Shown here piece by piece: positions 19,096-28,267 of a DNA stretch of 64,000 nucleotides. A program made the translations under genes and the position numbers. The notes below the pieces were generated by a model that was not told the origin of the DNA, searched no databases, and saw only the letters and a list, made by a program, of their open reading frames with translations. The number at the start of each line of letters is the position of its first letter. The first letter of the stretch is position 1. Source of the stretch: Alphaproteobacteria bacterium (GTDB taxonomy: Bacteria > Pseudomonadota > Alphaproteobacteria > JAAXGF01); contig CAUVXB020000001.1 in the NCBI GenBank assembly GCA_963555825.3, positions 2,336,001 to 2,400,000 of the forward strand, read 5' to 3'.

Positions 19096-19949
19096 TTGCC
19101 TGATTTTAATATTGAATCATGGGTAAACCGAAGCGCCGAAAACAAGCTGTTTCGACAAGCGGTGCATACAATCCTTTTTTCCATATCGAGTACTCGTGAT
19201 CTGCGGGAGATAATGGTGATGAAGGGGGCATTCTGCTCGCGTTGGGCTATGAGAGTACACGATTTACGAGGGACATCGATTTCTCAACGGAAATAATGCT
19301 CCAAAATTTTGACGTAGAAGCGTTTATCGCAAAATTCGATGCTGCTTTGGTCGATACCATCGATCAGCTCGAGTATGACATTGATTGTAAAGTTCAGGGC
19401 TGTAGGCAGCAGCCGCCCCGTGAGGACGCTACATTTCCCACCTTCGAGATCAGAGTGGGATATGCAAATCGGAGCGACCAAAGAGCGCACCGAAGGCTGA
19501 TGCGAAATATGGCTACCCATGTTGTGCCGGTTGATTTCAGCCTCAACGAGCCGCGTGGCGAACCCGAACTATTCGAAATCGAAGAAGGCAAATCAATCCA
19601 GATCTACAGCTTCCATGATCTCGTCGGAGAGAAATTTCGAGCAGTCTTGCAACAGGAGGTTCGGAACCGTCTGCGCAGGCAGGACATTTACGATTTGCAT
19701 CTTCTGCTCACAAGCAGGGATAGCGGCACAACTGAAGAAACAAAATCGAATATACTCCATAGTTTGAAGGAGAAAGCGGCAGCCCGGGACCTGGTGATCG
19801 ATCAGAAATCGATGCGCAATACGGAGATCATCCGTCGCTCCCAAAAAGAATATTCGTTACTCGCGCACGAAATTGAAGGCGTATTGCCCAGGTTTGAGGA
19901 AACCTATGAGTTCGTGAGATTGTATTACGAAGGTCTACCTTGGGACTAA
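19096..19949 (+). pseudogene. AbiEii/AbiGii nucleotidyltransferase toxin, frameshifted in a G5 run
   Basis: Adding one G at 19224-19228 gives MKGGILLALGYESTRFTRDIDFS; later GEKFRA and RRQDIYDL motifs. Confidence 0.8.
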
Positions 19950-20013
19950 TTGCACGAATTGGGCGTGGCGCATATAGCCGAACATGTCTGCCGGAGATAG
20001 GCGCTGAGTCGGG

Positions 20014-20048
20014 GACATGATCGAGTTCAGCGACGCCCAGATCGGCCA
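20014..20048 (+). repeat. attR-like direct repeat
   Basis: 35 bp identical to 16203-16237; includes the PhyH start codon. Confidence 0.9.
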
Positions 20049-20853
20049 ATTTCACGACGACGGTTTTCTCGTCGTCGAGCGGCTGATCGACGCCGATACG
20101 GTGGCGCGCGCCGCCGCCCGCTTCGCGCCGCTGTTCCGCGGCGAATTCGAGACCGGCCTCGACCCCGACGAATGGAACTGGCGCGGGGGTCGCGACGCGG
20201 CCGATCTGACGCGCCAGATCTGCAACGGCTGGAAGTCCGACCGCACGGTCGCCGGCGTCGTGCTCGACGCCGACGTCGGCCGGCTCTGCGCGACGCTGGG
20301 CGGCTGGCCCGGCGCGCGCATCGGCCAGGACAACGTGTTGTCGAAGCCGCCCGGCGCCAAGCCGCTCGGCTTCCACCAGGACGACAGCTATCTGTCGTGG
20401 GTGATGCCGCCCAACTACGTGACCTGCTGGATCGCGCTCGATGCGACCAGCGCAGCCGGCGGCACGCTGGAATACGCGCGCGGCTCGCACAAATGGGGCG
20501 TCGGGCCGCCGGTCGGCGAGTTCCACGCGCCCGACGACTACCGCGCGCCGCTCAGAGACGCCGCGGAACGTGCCGGCGCGACGCCCGAGATCGTCGCCGT
20601 CGAGGTGCCGGCCGGAGGCGCCGCCTTCCACGCCGGCGGCACCTGGCACGGCTCGGACGTCAACCGCGGCAAGTCGCCGCGCCGTTCGCTGGTGGCCCAT
20701 TGCGTCTCTTCCGCCGCACGCTTCCACCCGACCGAGATCAGCCCCATCTACAGCCGCTACAAGCACCACGGCGACGACACCATGGACGAGAGCTTCTTCC
20801 CGATTCTCTGGACCACGGACGGCTACCGCACGCCGTTCCTCGACGACCGGTGA
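20017..20853 (+). CDS. Phytanoyl-CoA dioxygenase (PhyH) family protein
   Basis: FHQD, TCWIALD, WHGS..N...RR. Confidence 0.9.
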   Translation: MIEFSDAQIGQFHDDGFLVVERLIDADTVARAAARFAPLFRGEFETGLDPDEWNWRGGRDAADLTRQICNGWKSDRTVAGVVLDADVGRLCATLGGWPGARIGQDNVLSKPPGAKPLGFHQDDSYLSWVMPPNYVTCWIALDATSAAGGTLEYARGSHKWGVGPPVGEFHAPDDYRAPLRDAAERAGATPEIVAVEVPAGGAAFHAGGTWHGSDVNRGKSPRRSLVAHCVSSAARFHPTEISPIYSRYKHHGDDTMDESFFPILWTTDGYRTPFLDDR

Positions 20854-21650
20854 TGGCGGATACGCTCGCGGCCCGCGCCGTCGATGTTCTCATGGCGCCC
20901 GATCCGGCCGACAAGCAGGCGCTGAGCGCCACCGCGGTCGCGGCGTGGCGCGCCGGCGCGCTGGACGTCGGCTGCACGACGCCGCCCGACCGGCCGGCGC
21001 GTCCGGCGCACCCGGAACTCAGGGCGCCGCGCGACATGCCACGGCGCCGCGCCGCACAGACGTTGGCCGGCCGTGTCGCGCTGCTGCACGCGCTCGCCCA
21101 TATCGAGCTCAACGCCATCGACCTCGCCTGGGACATCGTCGCGCGCTTTACGCACGAGAATTTGCCGCGCGGGTTCTACGACGACTGGGTCACCGTGGCC
21201 GGTGAGGAGGCGCGCCACTTCGGGCTGCTTCGCGAGCGCCTCGCCGCGCTCGGCGCGGCCTATGGCGACCTGCCGGCCCACGGCGGGCTGTGGCAGGCGG
21301 CCGAGGCGACCGCCGACGACCTCGCCGCGCGGCTCGCCGTGGTGCCGCTGGTGCTCGAGGCGCGCGGCCTCGACGTGACGCCGGCGATGATCGAGCGGCT
21401 TCGCGCGGCGGGCGACACGGAGAGCGTCGGCGTGCTCGACATCATCTACCGCGACGAGATCGGCCACGTCGCGATCGGCCGGCGCTGGTTCGAATTCGTC
21501 TGCGCGCGTCAGGGCCGCGAGCCGAAAGCCGCCTATCACGACCACGTCCGCGACCGCTTCAAGGGCCTGATCAAACCGCCGTTCAACACCGCGGCACGGG
21601 ATGCGGCGGGGCTCACCGCAGGTTACTATAGGCCGCTATCGGAGGGCTGA
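20853..21650 (+). CDS. Ferritin-like DUF455 family protein
   Basis: LHALAHIELNAIDLAWD, EEARHF, EARGLDVTP, DEIGHV; TGATG overlap. Confidence 0.9.
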   Translation: MADTLAARAVDVLMAPDPADKQALSATAVAAWRAGALDVGCTTPPDRPARPAHPELRAPRDMPRRRAAQTLAGRVALLHALAHIELNAIDLAWDIVARFTHENLPRGFYDDWVTVAGEEARHFGLLRERLAALGAAYGDLPAHGGLWQAAEATADDLAARLAVVPLVLEARGLDVTPAMIERLRAAGDTESVGVLDIIYRDEIGHVAIGRRWFEFVCARQGREPKAAYHDHVRDRFKGLIKPPFNTAARDAAGLTAGYYRPLSEG

Positions 21651-21653
21651 ACG

Positions 21654-22370
21654 ATGAGCGAGAACCAGTGGGTCTGCGTGGTGTGCGGCTACAACATGAT
21701 CGGCGAGATGCCCGATGTCTGCCCGTTCTGCGGCGCGCGCCACGACAAGTTCGTCACCGCGGTGGAGGCCGAGCGGAGCTACCGCGTCACGTCGACCCGC
21801 GTGAACGAGCGCATCACCCAACTCATTTCGGTGCCGCGCCTCGGCATCGAGCACGCCGCGTACCGCATCGAGACCGACGGTGCGCCGATCTGGATCGACT
21901 GCCCGTCGGCGTTCAACCGCGAGCTCGAGCCGGTCTCGGCGATCTACTTCACCCATAAGGACTTCATGGGCGCCTGCAACCAATTCCGCGACCTGTGGGA
22001 CGCCAAAGTCGGCATCCACGCGCGCGACGCCGAGAATCCGTTGGCGCGACAGTTCCCGGTCGACGACGCGTTCACCGGCGGTTTCGAGGTGAACGGTCTC
22101 GAGGCGATCCACATCGGCGGCCACACGCCGGGCTTCACGATGTACGTCTTCGAGAACGTCCTGTTCGCCTGCGACTTCGCCTTCCCGCCGGGCCCAGAGA
22201 TGCGGCTCAACCCGTACAGCGACATGGACGCGATCCGGATCAGCGCACGCAATGTCCAGGCCATGATCGACGACCGCAGCGACACACTGACCACGGTGTG
22301 CGGCTACAACTACGTGGTCGATCTCGATGCTTGGCGGGGCGATTTCGATCGCCTGCTCGAGGCAGCGTAG
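21654..22370 (+). CDS. Rubredoxin-like domain fused to a metallo-beta-lactamase-like fold
   Basis: WVCVVCGY...CPFCG; IYFTHKD, GGHTPG, LFACD. Confidence 0.7.
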   Translation: MSENQWVCVVCGYNMIGEMPDVCPFCGARHDKFVTAVEAERSYRVTSTRVNERITQLISVPRLGIEHAAYRIETDGAPIWIDCPSAFNRELEPVSAIYFTHKDFMGACNQFRDLWDAKVGIHARDAENPLARQFPVDDAFTGGFEVNGLEAIHIGGHTPGFTMYVFENVLFACDFAFPPGPEMRLNPYSDMDAIRISARNVQAMIDDRSDTLTTVCGYNYVVDLDAWRGDFDRLLEAA

Positions 22371-22385
22371 AGAGCGAGAACCGGC

Positions 22386-23168
22386 ATGGCGGCCGTCGAG
22401 CTATCCTACGAAATCACCGGCGTGGGGCCGCCACTCTACCTGGTCCACGGCATCGGTTCACGGAAGCTCGGCTGGGCCGGCTTGCTGCCGCACCTCGAGG
22501 ACCGCTTCACCTGCGTGACGTCGGATCTGCGCGGCCACGGCGCGAGCCCGGTGCCGGCGACGCCCTATTCACTCGACGACCTGGTCGCCGACCTCGAGGC
22601 GCTGCGCGCCACGCTCGGTCACGAGAAGATCCACGTCATCGGTCATTCGCTCGGCGGCATGATCGGACCGGCTTACGCCCGCGCCCATCCCGACCGCGCG
22701 CTGACGGTCGGCCTGTTGAGCACCGCGGCGGGCCGCACCGAAGAGGACCGCGCCAAGCTGCGCGGCGTGATCGCGGCGATGGAGGAAAGAGGCATCCGCC
22801 CGGTCCTCGATACCCTGGTGCAGCGCTGGTACACCGACGACTTCATCGCCGCGCACCCCGACCTGATCGATATACGCAAACAGCAGGTCGTCGACACGCC
22901 GGCCGAGGTCTTCCTGAACGTCTTCCGCATCTATGCGGCGACCGAGATGGCGCCCTGGCTGGGCGAGGTCGCCTGCCCCTGCCTGGTGCTGACCGGCGAA
23001 CTCGACGGCGCCTGCAGCCCGCGGCACAACCGCTTCATGGCGGAGACGCTGCCCGACGCCGAGCTGGTCATCCTCGACGGCCTCAAACACGCCATCCTGA
23101 TCGAGGGGCCCGACCGCGTCGGCCGCCACGTCCGCGACTTCCTGCTGCGCCGCGGCGGCGCGGGCTGA
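22386..23168 (+). CDS. Alpha/beta hydrolase (PcaD-like)
   Basis: VHGIG, DLRGHG, GHSLGG, GELD, KHAILIE. Confidence 0.9.
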   Translation: MAAVELSYEITGVGPPLYLVHGIGSRKLGWAGLLPHLEDRFTCVTSDLRGHGASPVPATPYSLDDLVADLEALRATLGHEKIHVIGHSLGGMIGPAYARAHPDRALTVGLLSTAAGRTEEDRAKLRGVIAAMEERGIRPVLDTLVQRWYTDDFIAAHPDLIDIRKQQVVDTPAEVFLNVFRIYAATEMAPWLGEVACPCLVLTGELDGACSPRHNRFMAETLPDAELVILDGLKHAILIEGPDRVGRHVRDFLLRRGGAG

Positions 23169-23174
23169 CGGGGG

Positions 23175-23990
23175 TTATGTGCGGGGCCGGCAGACGCGGC
23201 CGAACAGGTCGCGCTGCAGCGCCTCGTCGGCGATGACGCCGGGTTCCCCGCAATAGCTGAGCAGCGCGATGCAGCGCCACCGCGCGCCGCTGGGCGCCGT
23301 CACCCGGTGCAAGGCGTTGCGGCCCTGGAAGATCTGCAGGTCGCCGGGCCGGAGGTCGAGGTCGACGACGTTCTCGCCGCCGCCGGCGAGGACGGCCGAC
23401 ACCGCCGGGTGGTTTTCGTCCGCGTCGCTGCGGATGCCGGGCACGTACTGGAACACGCCACCCGCCTCGGGCTCGACGACAAGAACGGAGGCGATGAAGT
23501 GGGTCTCGTCGAAATGCCAGGGCAGCGCCTCGCCGGGCGCCTGAAAGCTGAGCGTGCAGGCCGCCAGCGGGTCGCCGTAAGGGTGGATTGAGGCGATGTC
23601 GAGGCATCGGCGGACGAAATCTTGAAACCGGCCCCACTCGTAGAGCGCCCGGACCGGCGAGGTAGGCGGGAAGTGATCATAGGCGAGGAAGCGGTTGGTT
23701 CGGTCGGAAATGACCCGGCCGGGGTGTCCGTCGGGCAGGTCGTCGGCACCCTCGGCGTGGTACGGCGGATAGGGCGAGAATCGACGGGTCGAGACATAGG
23801 CGTCTGCGCGTAGCGCCTCGCTCTCGCGGACCATGGCGTCGAGCGCCGTGGGCGTGACGAAGTCCTTGACCAGCGCGCAGCCGGTTTCGGCGAGCTGCGT
23901 CCGTGCCTGCTCGACGGTTCGACCGTAGGTCGGGTCGCTCGGCGCGTTCAGCGGGAACCGGTCTATATTGACGACGTCCGAAACTCTCAT
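23175..23990 (-). CDS. Fe(II)/2-oxoglutarate oxygenase, HalD/BesD-like family
   Basis: PWHFD, GGVFQY, PGDLQIFQGRNALHRVT. Confidence 0.75.
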   Translation of the reverse strand: MRVSDVVNIDRFPLNAPSDPTYGRTVEQARTQLAETGCALVKDFVTPTALDAMVRESEALRADAYVSTRRFSPYPPYHAEGADDLPDGHPGRVISDRTNRFLAYDHFPPTSPVRALYEWGRFQDFVRRCLDIASIHPYGDPLAACTLSFQAPGEALPWHFDETHFIASVLVVEPEAGGVFQYVPGIRSDADENHPAVSAVLAGGGENVVDLDLRPGDLQIFQGRNALHRVTAPSGARWRCIALLSYCGEPGVIADEALQRDLFGRVCRPRT

Positions 23991-24137
23991 TCCGAGACCC
24001 TCTTCATCGAGGCACATGTTTCGCTCGCCTAGCGAGCGGGCGAAAGGTCCACAGACCACCGGATTGTCCTCCCGTCGGGTCGCGCAGGCAAGCGATCACG
24101 TCGTCCCGCCATGCCGGGCGCTCGATTTCGTTATTTA

Positions 24138-24159
24138 CATATGAACAGCTTTTCATTTA
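24138..24159 (+). promoter_or_regulatory. SmtB/CzrA-type operator
   Basis: ATATGAA-CAGCTT-TTCATTT dyad just upstream of the ArsR gene. Confidence 0.7.
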
Positions 24160-24169
24160 TTGTTGCGAA

Positions 24170-24517
24170 ATGACGATCGATGCCGAGAACGACCACCATG
24201 CAGCGGCCGACGGGCCGCTCGACGAGGGCCAGACCGCGGATTTGGCTGAAATGTTCCGCCTGCTCGGCGACCCGACGCGGCTCTCGATCGTGCTCGCGAC
24301 GCTGCCGGGCGAAATCGCCGTCGCGGCCATCGCGCGGCGCATCGGCGCGTCGCCGTCGCTGGTCAGCCACCATCTGCGTCTGTTGCGCGGCGCGCGCATC
24401 GTGCGCGCCGAGCGGCGCGGCAAGCAGGTCTTCTACTCGACCGCCGATGGGCATATCCGCGACATGCTCAGCGACATGATCGAGCACGTCGGCGAGCCGC
24501 ATGAGGGCGCCGGATGA
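24170..24517 (+). CDS. ArsR/SmtB metal-sensing repressor
   Basis: FRLLGDPTRL, VSHHLRLLR, alpha5 DGH...EH site. Confidence 0.9.
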   Translation: MTIDAENDHHAAADGPLDEGQTADLAEMFRLLGDPTRLSIVLATLPGEIAVAAIARRIGASPSLVSHHLRLLRGARIVRAERRGKQVFYSTADGHIRDMLSDMIEHVGEPHEGAG

Positions 24518-25188
24518 GCCAATGCTGCCCGCCCCCGCTCGTCGACGCCCATGCCGACACGCCATTGCGCGCGCGTCAGCGCCGCGCGCTGTGGATCGTG
24601 CTGGCGATCAACGCCACGATGTTCTTCGTCGAGATCGTCGCCGGCTGGGTCGCCGGCTCGACCGCGCTGTTGGCCGACGCGCTCGACTTCCTGGCCGATT
24701 CGGCGACCTACGGGCTGACGCTCTATGTGCTCGCCAAATCGCTGCGCTGGAAGGCGTCCGCGGCGCTCGCCAAGGGCGCCGCGATGGCGCTGTTCGGCGT
24801 CTGGGTGCTGACCGAGGCAGTGACGCGCGGGTTCGATCCGGCGCTGCCCGACGCGGCGATCATGGGCGGCGTCGGCGGGCTCGCGCTGGCCGCCAACCTG
24901 GCCTCTGCCGCGATCCTGTTCTGGCACCGCGGCGACGACCTCAACATGCGGTCGGTCTGGCTGTGCAGCCGCAACGACGCGATCGGCAATCTCGCGGTAT
25001 TGGCCGCGGCGGGCGGTGTGTTCGCGACCGCCACCGCCTGGCCCGACCTGGCCGTCGGCGGCATCATCGCGACGCTCGAACTCAGCGCCGGCGTTTCGAT
25101 CATTCGCCAAGCACTGCGTGAGCTGCGCACCGGCGGTCCCTTGACGGCTTCGGCGCGGTCGCCCGAACAGGTACGGGCGAATGACTGA
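24514..25188 (+). CDS. Cation diffusion facilitator (CDF) transporter
   Basis: STALLADALDFLAD, DLNMRSVWLCSRND. Confidence 0.9.
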   Translation: MSQCCPPPLVDAHADTPLRARQRRALWIVLAINATMFFVEIVAGWVAGSTALLADALDFLADSATYGLTLYVLAKSLRWKASAALAKGAAMALFGVWVLTEAVTRGFDPALPDAAIMGGVGGLALAANLASAAILFWHRGDDLNMRSVWLCSRNDAIGNLAVLAAAGGVFATATAWPDLAVGGIIATLELSAGVSIIRQALRELRTGGPLTASARSPEQVRAND

Positions 25189-25657
25189 GGGCCGCGCCGA
25201 GCAGGACCGCCATCCCTTCGTTCCGCCGCCGCCATTCGTCTACGCTGGCTTCTTTGTGGTCGGGCTGGGCCTCGATTACCTCTGGCCCCTGCCCGTGCTT
25301 GCCGCGACGGTGCAATACGGCGTCGGCTTCGCGCTGGTCGCCGCGGGCCTTGCACTGTTCAGGCTGACGTTGCGGGAATTCGCCAAGGCCGGGACCAGCG
25401 TCGATCACCGCAAGCCGACGACGGCGGTCATCACGTCGGGGCCGTTCGCGCGCTCGCGCAACCCGGTCTACGTCAGCATGACGCTGTGCTTCGTCGGCGC
25501 GGCGGTTGCGCTCGACGGACCCCTGGTGCTGGCCATGGTGGCGCCCGCCGTCGCCGTCATCCACGGCTTCGTCATCCGGCGCGAGGAGGCGTACATGGCG
25601 CAGAAGTTCGGCGTGGATTACGAGCGTTACACCGAGACAGTCAGGCGCTGGATTTGA
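25181..25657 (+). CDS. Isoprenylcysteine carboxylmethyltransferase family membrane protein
   Basis: GPFARSRNPVY, REEAYM..KFG..Y..Y...VRRWI. Confidence 0.88.
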   Translation: MTEGRAEQDRHPFVPPPPFVYAGFFVVGLGLDYLWPLPVLAATVQYGVGFALVAAGLALFRLTLREFAKAGTSVDHRKPTTAVITSGPFARSRNPVYVSMTLCFVGAAVALDGPLVLAMVAPAVAVIHGFVIRREEAYMAQKFGVDYERYTETVRRWI

Positions 25658-25664
25658 ACCCCGA

Positions 25665-27053
25665 TCAGACGTCGCCGTCGTCCTTGAGCATGGCGATCGC
25701 GCCGCGCAGCGCCGCGATGGTTTGCGCCACGTCTTCGTCGCTGTGGGCAGTCGAGAGCACGCCCGAAGCGCGGGCGTTGAGATCGACGCCGTGCACCAGC
25801 ATGGCGAGGCGCAGCTTGCGCACCGCTTCCGGCGAACTCGCGCCGATCTGCTGCCAGGGAAGGCTCGTGGCGTCGAACCGCGTCGGCGCGAAGTCGAGCC
25901 GCGCCGGGTTGGTGAACAGATGGACGCCCGAGATGTCGCCATAGAACGCCCAGGGCACGCCCGCGCTCTCGAGCACCTCGTTGAGCCCGGCGCGAAGCGA
26001 TGCGGCGGTGGCGTTGGCCCGCGCGCAGGCATCCGTCGAGGCGATGATGTCCAGCGCGGCGATGCCGGCCGTCGCACAAACCGGGTTGGCGTTGAAGGTG
26101 CCGTAGTGCGCGATCTTCTCGACGCCGGCATCGCGCGTCGCCTCATGGTCGAGCCGATCGAGGATGCCCTTACGACCGACGACCGCGCCGCCGGGCAGGC
26201 CGCCAGCCAGGATCTTGGCGAGTGCGGTCAGGTCAGGCGTCACGCCAAGGTGTTCCTGCGCGCCGCCCGGTGCGACGCGGAAGCCGGTCACCACCTCGTC
26301 GAAGATCAGCACGGCGCCGTGTCGCGTGCACAGCTCGCGCGCCGCGGCCACATAGCCGGGCGGCAACGGGATGACGCCGAAGTACGCGCCGGTCGGCTCG
26401 AAGATGACCGCCGCGATATCGTCGTCGCCGGCAAGCGCGGCCTCGAGCGCGGCGCTGTCGCCAGGCGGCAGCAGCACGACCTGCTCGGCGACGCCCGACA
26501 GCACGCCGGGTGCGGCGACGTCATGGACTTCCGGTCCGGCGCCGCCCGCCATGTGATCGTGCCAACCGTGGAAATGCGTGTTCAGCCGCACCACCTTGCG
26601 CCGCCCGGTATGCGCGCGGGCAAGCCGCAGGGCGAGATGCGTGGCCTCGGTGCCCGACGCGGTGAAGCGCAGGCGCTCGGCGCCCGGCATCAGCCTGCGC
26701 ACCGCCTCGGCCCAGCGGATTTCGAGTTCGTGGTTGGCGCCGAAGTGGCTGCCGTGGTCGAGCGCGCCATGGATCGCGGCCAGCACGTCCGGATGATTGT
26801 GGCCGAGCAGCAACGCGCCGTGGCCGCCGAAGTAGTCGATGTATTGGTTGCCGTCGACGTCCCATTTGTGCGCGCCCTCGGCCCGCTCGACGTAGATGCC
26901 GTAAGGATCGAGATGGCGGCTATCGTGGGTGACACCGCTCGGGAACAGCAAGTTCGCCTCGCGCGCCAGCCGTTCGGACGACGGCGTCTTCTCGCGATAG
27001 GCCGTGACGATCATCGAATTCGACAGCGCGGGGGACGGCAGCGGGTCGGTCAT
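25665..27053 (-). CDS. Class III aminotransferase (GSA aminomutase-like)
   Basis: WDVDGNQYIDY, SGTEA, FDEVVTGFR, LAKILAGGLP, GTFNANP. Confidence 0.9.
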   Translation of the reverse strand: MTDPLPSPALSNSMIVTAYREKTPSSERLAREANLLFPSGVTHDSRHLDPYGIYVERAEGAHKWDVDGNQYIDYFGGHGALLLGHNHPDVLAAIHGALDHGSHFGANHELEIRWAEAVRRLMPGAERLRFTASGTEATHLALRLARAHTGRRKVVRLNTHFHGWHDHMAGGAGPEVHDVAAPGVLSGVAEQVVLLPPGDSAALEAALAGDDDIAAVIFEPTGAYFGVIPLPPGYVAAARELCTRHGAVLIFDEVVTGFRVAPGGAQEHLGVTPDLTALAKILAGGLPGGAVVGRKGILDRLDHEATRDAGVEKIAHYGTFNANPVCATAGIAALDIIASTDACARANATAASLRAGLNEVLESAGVPWAFYGDISGVHLFTNPARLDFAPTRFDATSLPWQQIGASSPEAVRKLRLAMLVHGVDLNARASGVLSTAHSDEDVAQTIAALRGAIAMLKDDGDV

Positions 27054-27090
27054 GGTGTCCTGAACCTCTTCTCCAAAGCCGGGAGCCTAG

Positions 27091-27516
27091 TCACCTTTTT
27101 TGCGCGTGGCTAAGGGATTCTATGCCGAAATCTTCCGGCATCCGCGCCAGATGCGCCGGGCAGCGCCGGCAATCGGTACTGCCGAAGCCGGCCAACGGGA
27201 CGGTGGCGCCCGGCACGGCCTGAAGCCGCGCGAACAGGTCGCATTCGGCGCCGTCGGGTGCCGCGTATATGGCGACGATGCGGCCGGCCCCGGTCAGGCG
27301 GTCGATATGCCAGCGTATGGCTTTGTCCTGCCGTCGGTGCCGACCGACCCGCGCGCGCAAGCCGCCCGGGCCATGGGCGCTGCCGCAGTAGGCAAAGCGG
27401 CCGGCCGGCAACACCGCGCCGGGCAGCGTCGCGATGTCGAGCGCCAGCGGGCGCGCGAGATCGGCGATCAGGACATAGGCGCCGGGCGCCGCGGTGATGA
27501 CCGACACGGCACTCAT
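27091..27516 (-). CDS. DUF123 / GIY-YIG superfamily protein
   Basis: GAYVL, YCGSA, RWHID, GFGSTDC..C.AHL. Confidence 0.8.
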   Translation of the reverse strand: MSAVSVITAAPGAYVLIADLARPLALDIATLPGAVLPAGRFAYCGSAHGPGGLRARVGRHRRQDKAIRWHIDRLTGAGRIVAIYAAPDGAECDLFARLQAVPGATVPLAGFGSTDCRRCPAHLARMPEDFGIESLSHAQKR

Positions 27517-27524
27517 ACCAAGAA

Positions 27525-28085
27525 TCAGCCCGCGGCCGATCGCGCGATGCCTTCGAGCACGTCGGCGACCAGCGCGCCGAGTGGGCGCTCGCCATCGAGC
27601 CGGATCACCGGGCATTGCAGTTGCGCGCGCCAGGCCTCGTGCTTCGGACGGCTGCGGCCCTCGCGCGTGCCGTCGTCGTAGTGGGCGGCCCATTCGACGA
27701 AGGCCTCGTGCTCGTCGTGCATCGCGCCGCCGGGCGCCAACGCGTCCCAGCCGAAATCGCGCAGCGCGCGCGCGCGCTGCCGCTCGATACGCGCCGCGGT
27801 CGGCACGGTCAGGAAGACGACCGCGTCGAACAGCGCGGTCAACGGTTCGCCCCATCCGCCGATCGAGCCCGAGAGCACCCACGCCGGCGCGTCACGCAGC
27901 GCCTGGTCGATCAGCCGCAGCCGCTCGACCGGATCACGCTCCTCGCGATAGGGCGGGTCGGTCGGCAACCAGTAGAAGTCGTCGGTATCGTGGTGCGGGC
28001 AACCGAAGGTCTCGGCCAGCGCGGCGCCGAGCGTCGTGGTGCCCGAGCCCGAGGCGCCGGTGATGTGGATCCGCCCCGTCACCAT
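27525..28085 (-). CDS. P-loop nucleotide kinase-like protein
   Basis: IHITGASGSGTTT, DTDDFYW. Confidence 0.85.
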   Translation of the reverse strand: MVTGRIHITGASGSGTTTLGAALAETFGCPHHDTDDFYWLPTDPPYREERDPVERLRLIDQALRDAPAWVLSGSIGGWGEPLTALFDAVVFLTVPTAARIERQRARALRDFGWDALAPGGAMHDEHEAFVEWAAHYDDGTREGRSRPKHEAWRAQLQCPVIRLDGERPLGALVADVLEGIARSAAG

Positions 28086-28090
28086 GCGGC

Positions 28091-28267
28091 TAACGCATAA
28101 TCCGATCGAATGGAACCGATCGGATTATGCCAGCCCGCGCCAGTCTTATTGGGACAAGAGGCGGGCCGCCGACCGTTCGGCCAGCTTTGATTCCACAAGA
28201 TTGGCATGCGCGGCGATTGAGCGCAGGTCATCTTCACGAAGTGAAGGTGACCGCACAAATTCTCTAG
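28091..28267 (+). repeat. Structured intergenic repeat family A, copy 2
   Basis: Full length; perfect 14-bp first stem GCATAATCCGATCG/CGATCGGATTATGC. Confidence 0.9.
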
